The notes: generated from the letters alone by a model not told the origin. Shown: positions 46,901 to 59,644, counted from the whole stretch's first letter. The stretch: 64,000 bases of DNA, filler included, from Globobulimina sp. (GCA_003354225.1; 17 parts of 17 records of this genome joined end to end with filler, not necessarily neighbours in it); one strand, 5' to 3'. Made by a program: numbers and translations.

Positions 46901-48490
46901 TTATGATGAGTTTATCTCCCAATTATAATTAGTATATTCATTAATAAAATCAAAATAGAAAGATTGACATGGGCTTTTTTTATAATCTGCACTTGAGATA
47001 TATTCACATATTCCGTGCAATAAAGGCTCCAATACATCGAATGAACATTTATTTGGCAATTCGTTGATAATCCACTCTTTATCCGAGTGCATAAACCATG
47101 GAAACCATAATTGTGTCAATTTAAATGATCTCTCACAATCCCACTCAATCAATCCTTTTATAATTTTTTTGAAGCGTTTGATATCAACACATTGTAATTT
47201 CATTTTTTGTATACTGTAATTCTCCAATAACATTTTCAATATTTCCGATCTTTCATCTTCACAAAATCCAAATTTAGTATTCATTTTATTAATATCATTA
47301 AAAAAGTTTCTTTTAGTCATTGCTGTTGAAATATCCTTGAAACGATCGAATAATAGCTTCACAATTTCAATATCTTTGCAATATTTTCTAAACAAATCAC
47401 TATTTTTGCATCTCCAGTCCAATAACTTCAATATGACTGAAAGTAAGAAATCATACGAATGAATGGCACATTTTTGCTCAAATTCCTGCATTTTGATTAT
47501 CTCAAACAAATTGTTTATCATACTCTTAATACTAACTTCTATTCCTTTTCCTGTAAAAATAATATCAATTACATCCAAAGCAAGAACTCTTAATAAAATC
47601 GCAGTTTTTTGATCAATGGATGTTATGTAATTAGCGCTATTCGAGTAATATTCATACCGATAATATTCGCCTTTTTTATTATGTAATCCCTCGATGGAAG
47701 TAATAATTTGTGGATACTGCAAATACAATTTGTTACGTTTTATATGCTCCCATAACATACTCAAATCATTCACAGATCGATGTTGCAGAAAACTGATGGA
47801 ATAAATATCGTATTTTTTGTTTCTTTTCGCAATTTTTACGTACTCAATAAATACCGATGCTGCTACAAAATTATTCGATGTTAATACTTTGATGGATGCA
47901 TTTCTCCAGTTTTGTAGTACAATGTTACTGATTTTGCTTCTTGTCGCATTCATTCGTTTGCTATATTTCTCAATCGCTTTTGGTAATGTTTGGCAACGCG
48001 ATTTTAAAGCGGTGCATAACGATTTTAATGATTCTAATTCTTTTGGTTTAATCGCTGGAATGTGTTTTGAAAAATATTTGAAAAACACATCAACGTTAAT
48101 TTTCTCAGCAAAATAATCCATCGCAAAGCATAAATATGGCAGTCGGTCTAATGCGTATTTATGTGATATTTTCTTCTGACTCTTGCAAATTAATAAAGCG
48201 ATTAAATCCGTCACATCAAAGTTTAAATCAATACAGGATATGATGATGGCGTCATTCTTCCATCGGCCTGATAATTGATTCGCAAAATAGTGGATTTGTT
48301 TTAATTCCGTTGCATCAAATACGCCGCATGATTCTCCCAACTGTGTATGTAACATCACCTTAACCCTTCTCACATTTTTGTCGTAAACATTAGTTTTTGT
48401 TTCGACAGCAACCAAAACTGTCTTCTCGCCATCTTCATTTTCATTGACTTCAGTGTCAGACAAAGATTTACACTCTTCCTTCTCTGTCAT
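46901..48490 (-). CDS. Hypothetical helical protein (529 aa)
   Basis: Long intact ATG-initiated ORF with no motif I recognise. Confidence 0.7.
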   Translation of the reverse strand: MTEKEECKSLSDTEVNENEDGEKTVLVAVETKTNVYDKNVRRVKVMLHTQLGESCGVFDATELKQIHYFANQLSGRWKNDAIIISCIDLNFDVTDLIALLICKSQKKISHKYALDRLPYLCFAMDYFAEKINVDVFFKYFSKHIPAIKPKELESLKSLCTALKSRCQTLPKAIEKYSKRMNATRSKISNIVLQNWRNASIKVLTSNNFVAASVFIEYVKIAKRNKKYDIYSISFLQHRSVNDLSMLWEHIKRNKLYLQYPQIITSIEGLHNKKGEYYRYEYYSNSANYITSIDQKTAILLRVLALDVIDIIFTGKGIEVSIKSMINNLFEIIKMQEFEQKCAIHSYDFLLSVILKLLDWRCKNSDLFRKYCKDIEIVKLLFDRFKDISTAMTKRNFFNDINKMNTKFGFCEDERSEILKMLLENYSIQKMKLQCVDIKRFKKIIKGLIEWDCERSFKLTQLWFPWFMHSDKEWIINELPNKCSFDVLEPLLHGICEYISSADYKKSPCQSFYFDFINEYTNYNWEINSS

Positions 48491-48768
48491 GATTGCAAAA
48501 AGAATAAAATGGTATTTTAACTACGACAAAAAACTTTTTTTTGCAAGAATTAAAAGGATCCAACATAGAACCATGACGGAAAAGTTGGATAAAATTAAAT
48601 AATTTAGTCTTGGATAAAATGTTTTAATTATAATTTAGTTAGTTGTCCAATAAAATGATGTTTTGAAAATATTATCCAAAAATCCATCCATACGAATGAA
48701 TGTTTTTTGTATTTATATCTACATTTAGCGATTAAATACGGCGTAATTGAATTCGTTGCTTTTGTCAA

Positions 48769-48997
48769 ATGATAATGTGGGATTTTTGCGCTTTAAGCCC
48801 AGAGCAACGAAAACAACTGCTAGATAAATTCCATTCAATTTTAAAACCAAATGGAGCAATACTTCTTGATGTCTATTCACAGTCCGCATTCAACGAGCGG
48901 GAAGAAGCTGCACTCTATGAGAAAAATCAACTTAATGGATTCTGGTCTCCCGATTCTTATTACGGCTTTCTGAATACATTCAAATATGAAGACGAGA
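48769..48997 (+). other. Fragment of a bacterial-type class I SAM methyltransferase (probable chimera or contaminant)
   Basis: MIMWDFCALSPEQRKQLLDKFHSILKPNGAILLDVYS..NGFWS..YYGFLNTFKY starts mid-domain, lacks motif I and has a different base composition from its flank. Confidence 0.75.
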
Positions 48998-49134
48998 NNN
49001 NNNNNNNNNNNNNNNNNNNNNNNNNNNNNNNNNNNNNNNNNTTAATTAATTAANNNNNNNNNNNNNNNNNNNNNNNNNNNNNNNNNNNNNNNNNNNNAAA
49101 TTGAATGATTAATATATGATATTTGTGTGTTTAG

Positions 49135-49684
49135 AGAGCAGATTGGAATCGTTCCACAGGACATTGTTTTATTCAATGATACATTGTATAACAATATTAA
49201 ATATGGAGCAGGGATAAATCATGAATTAATTGGCATGGAACATGTGATAAATGTATGTAAACAAGCACAGTTACACGAGTTTATAGAAACATTACCAGAT
49301 AAATATGATACTACTGTTGGTGAAAGAGGATTGAAATTAAGTGGTGGGGAAAAACAAAGAGTTGCCATTTCTAGAATGTTACTGAAAAAATGTAAAATTA
49401 TAATCATGGATGAACCCACATCGTCGTTAGACAGTGCAACAGAATCTGACATATTGAGCACAATCAATGATATAAGAGATATCAGAGATGATATTGATTA
49501 TAAACCAACTACGATTGTAATCGCGCACAGATTGTCCACTATCACTGATTCGCATTGTATTTTTGTGTTAAGTGATGGTAAATTAGTTGAACAGGGAACA
49601 CATTCTCAATTATTACAGAATTATGGGACAAATGGATATTATAAGCAATTGTGGGACTTTCAATCTACAACTTCTGACTCATGA
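49135..49684 (+). CDS. ABCB half-transporter (ATM1/ABCB7-like) nucleotide-binding domain, last exon
   Basis: IGIVPQDIVLFNDT, VGERGLKLSGGEKQRVAI, DEPTSSLD and IAHRLSTI, preceded by acceptor TTTAG. Confidence 0.9.
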
Positions 49685-49950
49685 TTTGCTGCTGTTTCTT
49701 TCTTTCTTGCATCAAGATAACATCTTTAATTAATGAATGTTTTATTTCTTAATTTTTTTCGACTACAAAAGCCATAATTTGTATTTTATAAATCTTCAAA
49801 GCGTAAAATATCTTGAATTCATAATCGGGTTATTCCAAAAATAAAATACTTTTATACGTATCATCCACTAACAATAGAATTTAGAAAAATCCTACCAACT
49901 TTCTACCACATTTAAAATATTTTAAAAGCAGACTTTGTGGTAAATCTCTT

Positions 49951-50328
49951 TTGAGTGAGTCAAAAATGAAAATAAAGATGCCGATCGACATTGAGAATCT
50001 GAACATATCCGACCTCGACATACAGGAGATAATCATACCCGATCGCGGCGTAGAATTTCTAAAATTATCCAAACTCGCTTTGGAGAATCTAAACATATCC
50101 AAACTTGCCATGGATTCCCTGGATATAACAGAAATAAACCTAAAAGGTGTCAATTATGCGGGCGTACACAAAGCAGAAGTCAGAGCATTGATATATGTGG
50201 TCATTTTTCTAATGGTTTCATTGATATTATTTGTGTGGATCAGAGGCTTTATTGCCATATCAAAATACAGACTCAATAATAAGCGCAAAATTAAAACAGT
50301 GCCACTCGCTTCACTCGATCGTCAATAA
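49951..50328 (+). CDS. Small single-pass membrane protein with short internal repeats
   Basis: IENLNISDL / LENLNISKL / MDSLDITEI repeats, then a C-terminal TM and basic tail. Confidence 0.5.
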   Translation: MSESKMKIKMPIDIENLNISDLDIQEIIIPDRGVEFLKLSKLALENLNISKLAMDSLDITEINLKGVNYAGVHKAEVRALIYVVIFLMVSLILFVWIRGFIAISKYRLNNKRKIKTVPLASLDRQ

Positions 50329-51630
50329 TTTTATGTTGAATCAACTCTCCAATGTGTACACTATTGTTTTTTTAAAATGTGTTAATTTTTTTTCAAATCG
50401 TTAAAAACTTTTAATTTCATCATTGCCGTATTTTAATTTTACTGCATTTTTTTAGAGTTTTGTCTAAATAATTATTTCCGTATAAAGTACAATTACTGCA
50501 ATTGAATTCGCTTCGAATTGTAATGGTTTGTTCCCGTTACTATTAACTGGCAATATATTGTTCAATCTCAGTGATATTTTGTGCGTTGATAAATATGTCA
50601 GCTCATTGAATCGGGGGAAAACAGCCCATTTTCGCCATGTTATATTGGTGGCTTTTCAGGAGTCTGCAGCATAAAACCTCGCGAATTCAAGCACAATATA
50701 CATGTCTTACTATCAATGTTTTACTCAGCTCCTGTTGTTTTTTGTTGCAGCACGTATTTATTAACGCCACCGTTCTCTGATAACACCATGTCAACAAGAA
50801 TAATTTTCCCACATTTAATTGATCCTTTGTAAATAGTGTCGAAATGATGGGTATTATTTTTTGGAAATTTGAGAACACCAATACTCATGCAGTGAATACT
50901 GAATACTAGCTATAGATGAATAGTACAAAATAAGTAGGTTTTCATATATTCGCACTTTCTCTGTCTACCGGTTCTCTGTTGATCTCTTCATTATTGCAGG
51001 CATTGCTTTCTTTACGGCATAACCAACCCACAACCAAAAACTCTGAAAATATGAATAAATAATAAACCCAACAATCACGTGAACACTCTAAGAAACAAGA
51101 ATACTAAAAAGTATTCTGGTAAGAAAGAAGACACAGAATTTAAAAAAAAAACAGTTAAACAGTTAAAATCAGTAAATAATGTTCACAAAACAGCTCAAAA
51201 CGATTCAAAAACGATTCAAAAATGTACGTATTGTGTTTGCAAATTAATCTGAAATTCTAGCACTTGGATATTCACGAAAATTTCACGAAAAGTATTTGTC
51301 ATGAAAAGTATATCTCCTATACAAGTTGTATTATCACGAAAGGTAATTCTGTATTATATCCTTTTCAACATAAATATGATTGATATATTAAATTAAACAT
51401 TTATTCGATTAGTCTAATAAATATAGACTGTAGACGGATAAAATAAACTGAATTATCGACTTTGCTTTCAATTCAGTTAAATGCACTAATTCTATTACGC
51501 GTTTCTTGCCATATGATATAATATTAAATCTCAAAAAAAAATAAATTAAACAAACAAAAGACACATTCCAAACATAAAAAAGATAAACGTTCCAAACATG
51601 TACACACATCAAAACTACATAAAATTACAA

Positions 51631-52769
51631 TTAAAGCATGGCATTCACTAAATGTGGTAAAGAGGTGGTACCCGTTGCAGTGGACATAGTAACATCGCGA
51701 TGCAATTTTGGTTTTGGAGGTAATGGTCCTGTACTCGTTGTTGTTATTTCTTGTGACTTTTCAGGAATTTTGCAAATTAGGGTTCTGGTTTTTTCTTCGA
51801 CCGGCTCTGAAATGGTATGCCCAATATCTTTATCCTGACTTTGTTGCATTAAATGATTCATATGAACCAATGATGTGTGTTCCTGACTGGTCATCTCATT
51901 TTGTTGTGAACTCATCTCCCCATTATCTCCTTCATTAATCCGCCGAGAAACACAAGAAAAACAGGCGTTATATAAATAATTTATATATTTTCTGCTCGCT
52001 GCGACCTGTAAAATGTATACATGCATTGTTGAAAACGTTTGAAAATAGGTTAATTATTATAAAATAACGTGTAAAATATATACAAATACCATGAGAAATA
52101 AACAGAGAGAATTTATAAACAAATCTACGTTCCCAGCAAACCATAAATAATGAGCCAATTTAGTACTGCGTGAGATTGCTCTGTACAATAAAAATACGAC
52201 TGATGAAATACATGATATTGAACTGAAAATAATATTATATTTAATAGTTTTAATGATGTTTGTTTTATCAATTTGTTGTTGACGATCAATTACTGCGTAT
52301 AAAGGGTGCGCAAATAACCTTTTTTTTGTGGCAATATTTGAGTTACAACAGTGTAGAAAATATAAAATACATTTTATAATACTTAACCAAACAAAAAATA
52401 CGGAGTTAAATATTTCAACGCCAATACTTAAATAAAAAACCCATTCTTGATATTCTGCAAAAATACAGGCGGTCGGCAGTTGTGGTGTTGGATCGTTTGA
52501 TAAACCACGAAAAGTTAACGGGCATAATACAGAATATAACACAAAATATGAGGATATATATATTGGCAATACATATTTAAGCACGATTGGTGGCAAAATA
52601 ATTGATTTTGTGGAGGCAATTATTGATGCGGCTCGCGCCAAAAAAAAGCCATATCCAAACGTTTTAGCTGCTTCGTGAAATATTACACAAAAACCCATTC
52701 CATAAAAACAATACCACGCTGGAAAATAATTTGAAATATGATTTAAAAGACATTGTACTGAACACGTTG
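51631..52769 (-). CDS. Multi-TM (7TM/GPCR-like) protein, 5' partial; intron ~52007-52069
   Basis: Several TMs ending NVDLFINSLCLFLM, spliced to VAASRKY..CFSC and a cytoplasmic tail. Confidence 0.6.
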
Positions 52770-52869
52770 NNNNNNNNNNNNNNNNNNNNNNNNNNNNNNN
52801 NNNNNNNNNNNNNTTAATTAATTAANNNNNNNNNNNNNNNNNNNNNNNNNNNNNNNNNNNNNNNNNNNN

Positions 52870-53615
52870 TATCATTAGTCTCTGTCATCAAATCTAAATC
52901 TTATAATGCCAGCATTTTGGAAGAATCATTGGGTGCACTTTCATTGTATTTGTATCATTTTGCTACAAAATATGATACTAGAAAATATGTACGAAAATAT
53001 GGTATGAATTCTAGTGACGGCTTAAACATCATCACTAACATAAAATATTTGGTGGCGTTAAATATCGCTGCCACCATTGAATTATATAAGGATGAAAATG
53101 CGTGGCACAAAATATATGTTACAATGAACTGGTGGTATGGTCAAAATTATTTGCATTGGAACTCATTTGATATTGGTTTTGGTTTGGATGCGAATAATAA
53201 TTATAGCTCATATTTAGCCAGATATGTTTCAGATGATTTACATTTTTTGTTGAAAGACGAACCATTTCGAATACCAGAAACTGAACATTTCATCAAACGA
53301 ATGATCAAAACAGCAAATCATAGTGGTTTAATTGAGCAAATATTAATTGTATCTCATAGTGGCATGCGAGTGGAATCAATAATGGATTTGCATATGTTTG
53401 CAGTTAACAAATGTATTTTGTTCCCATATTGTAATGAAATTGTAATAATGCAAAATTTATTAAGATTTGCAAAACCTGCATTATGGAATATTGTTACTAA
53501 AGAACAATTGATCAAATTATGGGCACCTTTTGCAAACAGCACCAGAAACCTTTATCAGTTTTGTAAACATTTGACATATTTTTATAAAGCTATAAATTCG
53601 ACATTACTTGGTTGA
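52870..53615 (+). CDS. Hypothetical protein, 5' partial
   Basis: Long open frame near the contig start with no motif I recognise. Confidence 0.55.
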
Positions 53616-53757
53616 AGTGCTGTGTTAGAAGATCTAGAAAAAAGATATTAACAAGTTATCAATTTGTGGATTTGAAATATTTGTGGATTTGAAAATATGG
53701 ATCAATTTTAAACTTGATCTAAACAGTATTTTTCATATTAATGTATATATATTTGTT

Positions 53758-55047
53758 TCACCTTTTTATTATGAGACGTATAGCAATTCCAACAATTGCA
53801 ACAACCAAAGGAAAAGCAAACACTATTTCTGTTTGAATAATCTTATGACTTTTGTACAAGTAAATGTCGAGCACAGACACAATAATGGTGACTGTTAGCA
53901 TGCCAATCCACAGTACGATGTCATTGCCATCCAAAACATACCAGATCCATGCGATAGGAATCATTAATACTGTCGATGATATGACAGAGAACGCAGCAAA
54001 AGAGCCAAGAATTTGTAAATACAGAATACAATATCCTTGCAAATTTAACACTTGATCCATAATAACAAATAATAATGACAGCAATACACATATTCCAATA
54101 CATATCATATTAAATGTTAACGAAGATTCTTGCCGCGATATATACAAATCTGGCACAAACGACAAAGAAATTCCTCCCACAAAATTAATAATACCAAATA
54201 AAAAAATAATTAAATACTTTTTATGGTTTCCATGTTTTAAAAAGTGTATTATTTGGTAACTTTTATTCTGACCATATTTATTATTGAATAGAAAATGTGT
54301 CATAGCACTTCCACATACAATAAAACAAGAATATGCAAAAAATGAAACAAATATTCCCGTGTAACTATATTCTGAATCTGTCCTAATGCCCGAAGCTTGA
54401 GCGTAAGCACCAAAATAATCAAAAGATACTGACAGTACTTGATACAAAATGATCCATAAATATGCTAACATTAATCGAATATAAATGTGTTCGATGAGTA
54501 TCAATGGGAATGCCATCAACATACTTAATCCTAACGCTGTAAACAAGTTCCATTTTAATACCGTTATTCCATCTCTTTCAACAGTAAAACTCAATGGATA
54601 TGTTCCAGCGACCACACTGCAGCAAATCCCAACGATGATAAATAACAAATATCTAACAATGGCCATGATGATTGCATTTATATTTCCTTTTTTATTGGCT
54701 CGGCTCCAAATGGAGAGTGGAGTGCTTAATCCAATCACAAATAAAAATGCCGGAGCACCAATATCGTGGACATTGATATGATGTGAGTGTGGAGGCGAAG
54801 GTGATGTAAAACATGATGCGATTTTATTATGCACAGTGGATATGGGCGAAAATGCAAATATAAGCCAGAAAAACACTGCAAATCCACGTGCTGTATCAAT
54901 CCATCTGATTCTTGGTTTGTCTGTAGCGGAATAACAATATTGTAATTCGTTTTCATATTCATATTGATTTGTTGCATATGACATCGATCCAATACCATCC
55001 CGTGGAGTAATTATTTGATCATGTAGTTCTATACTAGCACTGCACAT
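53758..55047 (-). CDS. HGSNAT/DUF1624-like transmembrane N-acetyltransferase
   Basis: RIRWIDTARG, H....HDIGAPAFLFVIGLS and about 11 TMs. Intronless. Confidence 0.75.
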   Translation of the reverse strand: MCSASIELHDQIITPRDGIGSMSYATNQYEYENELQYCYSATDKPRIRWIDTARGFAVFFWLIFAFSPISTVHNKIASCFTSPSPPHSHHINVHDIGAPAFLFVIGLSTPLSIWSRANKKGNINAIIMAIVRYLLFIIVGICCSVVAGTYPLSFTVERDGITVLKWNLFTALGLSMLMAFPLILIEHIYIRLMLAYLWIILYQVLSVSFDYFGAYAQASGIRTDSEYSYTGIFVSFFAYSCFIVCGSAMTHFLFNNKYGQNKSYQIIHFLKHGNHKKYLIIFLFGIINFVGGISLSFVPDLYISRQESSLTFNMICIGICVLLSLLFVIMDQVLNLQGYCILYLQILGSFAAFSVISSTVLMIPIAWIWYVLDGNDIVLWIGMLTVTIIVSVLDIYLYKSHKIIQTEIVFAFPLVVAIVGIAIRLIIKR

Positions 55048-55232
55048 TATTATAAAGGTTTCACTGTGAGGAGTAGTATGATCTTTTTTATAGGAAGCTT
55101 CAAAGTGTTTGTTGAATTTAAGCTTGCATTATAATTGTTGCAGTCATACAAAAAATCAAAAAAAACAAAACTAGATCAACTGCGTAATTAAACTTGCAAA
55201 AAAAACAAATGTATTTTGCTATTAAATTGCGT

Positions 55233-56539
55233 TTATTTGTACTCAGCACGTAATAAATCAATAACACTCATTCCGTGCTTATAATCTTGTCCAAATTGAG
55301 GATTTATCAACGTTTTCCATAAATTCCCAACCGTTATATTTTTAGAACTAAACTCTTTTATAAACTCCGATAATTCTCCATTAGCCACTCGTCGATCTTT
55401 GAATGTATAATAAGCAACACATCGATTTGATAAACTAATACTAATCCATTGCAATATAGCTTTCAACTGAGGATCCCCCCGAAATATGCCACAACCTATG
55501 TATTAAACAAAAAATGTAAACCCAACCTGCTCCATATAAACAAAAATGAATTTACCCCAATTCCCAGTGGAGACCACATTCATTTCATGTCCAATCTCAT
55601 TATTACTGATCGAATATCCAATGTATGATTTTGCAATTTCTCTCATCATATACTGAATATTTATTTGGTTCCGCGGCGCGAATAAATACAACGCATCAAT
55701 GCCAACAATCACATTTGAGCCCAATCGATCGGTCTTATTCTCACAAAAAAACATTTCTTTTTCATTATTTCTATACCCATTAAAGCAAAAACTGGATCCA
55801 TAGCCAGCATAATTAAAAAACTGTTGACTTCCAAATACAATGATACTCTCATTATGCCTCATCGGCAACGGACATAACCATTTACTTATTATACATTCCG
55901 TATTCACAGTGAATCGAATCTCTTCCTGAACATTACCGCCCTCCAACACACCACCACCGATGTACTGATTGGCAAAGTCGGCCTGCAACGCTCCAACTTC
56001 ATCCTCAATGCAACCTGTTTCTGACACCGTGAATGCGCATAAAAGTGTGTCATTTTTGACTAAATTTTTATATTCCAATATTTCACACTGCTTCGCCGTT
56101 AAATATCTTCTCCAAACCGTTACTTTCTGTTTGTTGAACCAATCGCTGTTCATTCCTTGCTGTCGAACAAAGTCAAAATATCGAATCCAACATTCCAATT
56201 TTCCAGCTGTTCCAACTACATTTAACTCAGCACGAAAACTGCAGTGTTCATACAGTTCAATGCCAAACCAGCAACACGCCAAAATACTGGCGATTTGACC
56301 ACGGCTCAACGTAATTTGACCGTTGCTTGTTGGGTTCAAAAAATGTATAGATTCTGGAGCAGTCTTTTCTTTTTCTTCGTTGTTTTTAGTTTCATTTTCG
56401 TGTTCGTTTTGATTTGCAAATATTTGGGGCATGGATAAAATTAATGTTTTAATGAATGGTAAGGTTTGATTGAAAAATGTTTGGTACATATTTTCACCAT
56501 TTTGTTGACGGGATAATTTGTTTCTGTTTTGACCAATTT
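55233..56539 (-). CDS. PARG: Poly(ADP-ribose) glycohydrolase, 5' partial; intron 55496-55555
   Basis: LQADFANQYIGGGVLEGGNVQEEIRF and spliced TGNWGCGIFRGDPQLKAILQW. Confidence 0.95.
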
Positions 56540-57255
56540 NNNNNNNNNNNNNNNNNNNNNNNNNNNNNNNNNNNNNNNNNNNNTTAATTAATTAANNNNN
56601 NNNNNNNNNNNNNNNNNNNNNNNNNNNNNNNNNNNNNNNAGATTGGGACTCTGGCGGAGGTAATGGCGATATTGAAAGGAAGGCATTATTTGGACATATT
56701 AAGATATTAAATAACGATAAATTAATTGGTTGTGATGGATATCACGAATGGTGTGCTGAAACCAGACCATTTAAACAAAATATTTTTTGTGTTCAAGTGT
56801 TTGATGAAAAACATGTATGTGCGTCAATTGGTGGATGTTAGGATTTAACTACTAGCACTTTCTGAATTGATTGAAGGTCCAAAATTCTAAGATTTTTTGT
56901 AGCTAGAAACGCAGCGCCAAACAGAAATTTCAGGAAACTCTCGCTTGCAGCTATCCGGACAGTAACCCAATAATTATAAAAATAAGTGTCGTTTGGTTTC
57001 ACCGACACAGTTGCTGTGAGTTTGAAGAGTCTATGTACTTTTTCGATGACTATTAAAGGGATGGTATTAAAAAGACAACTCACCTCCCACTATATACCAT
57101 TATCTCGGTTCACGTTTGCTGGAAACGCGATTATAAATGGACGAATATATGTTGTTTTTCAATTTTAGTATAATAATAATATGGACAATATAATAATTAA
57201 TTGCACTTGATATTAAGTATACGTACATATATAGATAATAAGAAAAAAGTAAATG

Positions 57256-58179
57256 TTAAATTGTCTGAGTCTGTACATCAGTCGTTGGCGAATCTGATTT
57301 CTCTGAATCCACAGAATGTATCATCATAATATTATTTTGTGCGTTTTTTGACTTTGATATACATTTTGTACATAATTTAACACATTGACGGTCCACACAA
57401 TGACATAGTACCTCATAATACGTATTGAACGCAGCGAAACACATAATAACGCACAAAAATGAAGTGTACAAATCCAAAAACGGCACCACAGCAAATATCC
57501 AAATCGCAATATTAAACGGAAACAATAATCGAACATAAGCTTGTATCATATTAATGAATGTCATTGAGATTGATAATGTAGTCAAAATAGTGGATTTTGT
57601 AATGGCTTTCATGAGATGTTCTGTTTGCTGATCATTATTTCTGTATACAATGGTTAATTTATACACAAATAACACTAATACACCGAGCATCATCCCCAAT
57701 AATACTAATACAGAGCCAACAGCTAATGCCAACCATAATAAATACGGCAACACATTAAATAACAAAACCAACAACAACATGAGTACTGGTAACGCAATAA
57801 ATAAATATTTATAAACTTTAACTGATCGCTGTGATACTTTCAATAAAGTGCCAGCGAACACAAATATTAATTGTTCAAAAAATATGAAGACTGTGAGATA
57901 GATTTGTACTGCAAAGAAGAGGAAAAATGGATATTTAGCCAACCACTGAGGGATTGGGACACAACCTATAAATTCAGAAACTTGGATTGGATGCCATACC
58001 AAAATAAATATTGTGTCGACAAGAAATATAATACATGAGATTCGTCTTTTTTTCGATAAACCTGGAATGGCAATAAATTTACATAATGCTAAAACTGCTG
58101 TCATGGATAATATAGCGCCAATAGCCATATGACAAATGAAAAATATAATCCATGGATTACACTGAGCAATGTCATGCAT
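57256..58179 (-). CDS. 7TM GPCR-like protein
   Basis: Seven hydrophobic segments, FVYKL after TM5, D in TM7 and a Cys-rich tail (CHCVD..C). Confidence 0.7.
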   Translation of the reverse strand: MHDIAQCNPWIIFFICHMAIGAILSMTAVLALCKFIAIPGLSKKRRISCIIFLVDTIFILVWHPIQVSEFIGCVPIPQWLAKYPFFLFFAVQIYLTVFIFFEQLIFVFAGTLLKVSQRSVKVYKYLFIALPVLMLLLVLLFNVLPYLLWLALAVGSVLVLLGMMLGVLVLFVYKLTIVYRNNDQQTEHLMKAITKSTILTTLSISMTFINMIQAYVRLLFPFNIAIWIFAVVPFLDLYTSFLCVIMCFAAFNTYYEVLCHCVDRQCVKLCTKCISKSKNAQNNIMMIHSVDSEKSDSPTTDVQTQTI

Positions 58180-58231
58180 GATGCCGATGGAAACGACGTT
58201 TTTTTTAAAAAGTTTTTTTGTTTAAGACAAA

Positions 58232-59374
58232 ATGAGTAGTCAGCCAATGTCTACAGAATTTGTGTTGACAATACCAATAGCCATTGTGTCGACAGTTATT
58301 GCAATACTAACTGTGGCAACTGTTATATTTATTTTATTCAATTTTGTGCCGCGAGAAACCGGTTTAGAACAAAATGACAAATCTAAAACATCTGCAAACA
58401 CTTCAGATACATGTTCAACTGGTTCCAATTGCACAAATATTTCAAATACATCTTCAACTGGTCCGAAATCTGTGAGTTGCAATAATGCTCAAAAAGCTGA
58501 CTCTGGCACTCCCATTCAAAAGTATTTTAAATATTCATCATTGAGCTGCGTGACATTTAATGCATTGTGTTCATTATGTAATGCTGCATATTGCATATTG
58601 TTAATACCTGACCCATCATACGACGACAATTCACAGATTCCGTACTTCGAACATTCATCATTTGTTTTAAGAATTGCATCCACATTTTGTTGGTTGGGTG
58701 GCGCAATATCATTACTCTGGTTTTTCAATGGCCGCTTATTTTATGCATTCAAAGGATCTGTATATGCAGCGTCCAAATCATTCTTCATATCAATAAATGT
58801 ATTTGTAACTAGTACGGGTATTTTTTTATTCAGTACTGCTTTTTATGGCGTTTATTGTCAAAATGTAATCATTCAAGAACTTTCATTCACTTCTTTTCGT
58901 ATTATTTATCAAATAATAACTTTTTCAATGCTATTTATGTTTAGTAGGCGATTATTAATGTTAACCATTCAAGAACGGACTATGATGTCCATAGTGACAG
59001 CAGACACAGCGAATGATAATACCGTAGTAATTCATACATTGGAATCAGAAGCAAAGGGTAAACAAATAAAACCATTGGTAGTAGATGGCCAAATGTTGGA
59101 TGTAACGGTTAAAAATGCTGCGTTAGTCTCTGTTACTTCAACTTCGGTTTTTTTAGTTACTATATGTTTCACTGCATTTCGTTTTTTTCTATCTAATCCA
59201 ACCAGATTAACATTGTTGATACCGATGAATATGGCGAGTATTGATGCGTTGGTAAATAATATTTGCGTTATTATGTTATTTCCATTTGGCAATAAGTTTT
59301 ATTCGCTATTCTGTTGTTGTCATAAATGTTTTAAAAAAGTATGTGTGTGGATTGCAAATAACGTGGTGGCTTAA
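58232..59374 (+). CDS. 7TM GPCR-like protein
   Basis: Seven hydrophobic segments, GRLFYAFKGSVY, IDALVNNICVIMLF and a Cys-rich tail. Confidence 0.7.
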   Translation: MSSQPMSTEFVLTIPIAIVSTVIAILTVATVIFILFNFVPRETGLEQNDKSKTSANTSDTCSTGSNCTNISNTSSTGPKSVSCNNAQKADSGTPIQKYFKYSSLSCVTFNALCSLCNAAYCILLIPDPSYDDNSQIPYFEHSSFVLRIASTFCWLGGAISLLWFFNGRLFYAFKGSVYAASKSFFISINVFVTSTGIFLFSTAFYGVYCQNVIIQELSFTSFRIIYQIITFSMLFMFSRRLLMLTIQERTMMSIVTADTANDNTVVIHTLESEAKGKQIKPLVVDGQMLDVTVKNAALVSVTSTSVFLVTICFTAFRFFLSNPTRLTLLIPMNMASIDALVNNICVIMLFPFGNKFYSLFCCCHKCFKKVCVWIANNVVA

Positions 59375-59644
59375 AACAGTATCCTTTTGAATTGGTTCAA
59401 TTATTCAACAGTGAGTATAACCTCTGCCACTCTGTGGTAAGTGTGGTTGTATTGTGTGCGGAATAATTAATTGCTTCATTGTATTAATATTAATATTTTT
59501 GTTTTTCTTATAATTTATAAATATATAAAGTACATCTTTTTTGTTGTTATTTTCTCTTTGTTGTTTTTGTTGAATCTACGTTTTGTGTGTTATTATTTAA
59601 TGTTGAATAATTTTTTTATATTATATATGGCACATTATATTTTT

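Noticed and set aside
34145-56539. ART-like genes and PARG as a linked writer/eraser locus
   Set aside because: They are on different contigs, so proximity in the window is artificial.
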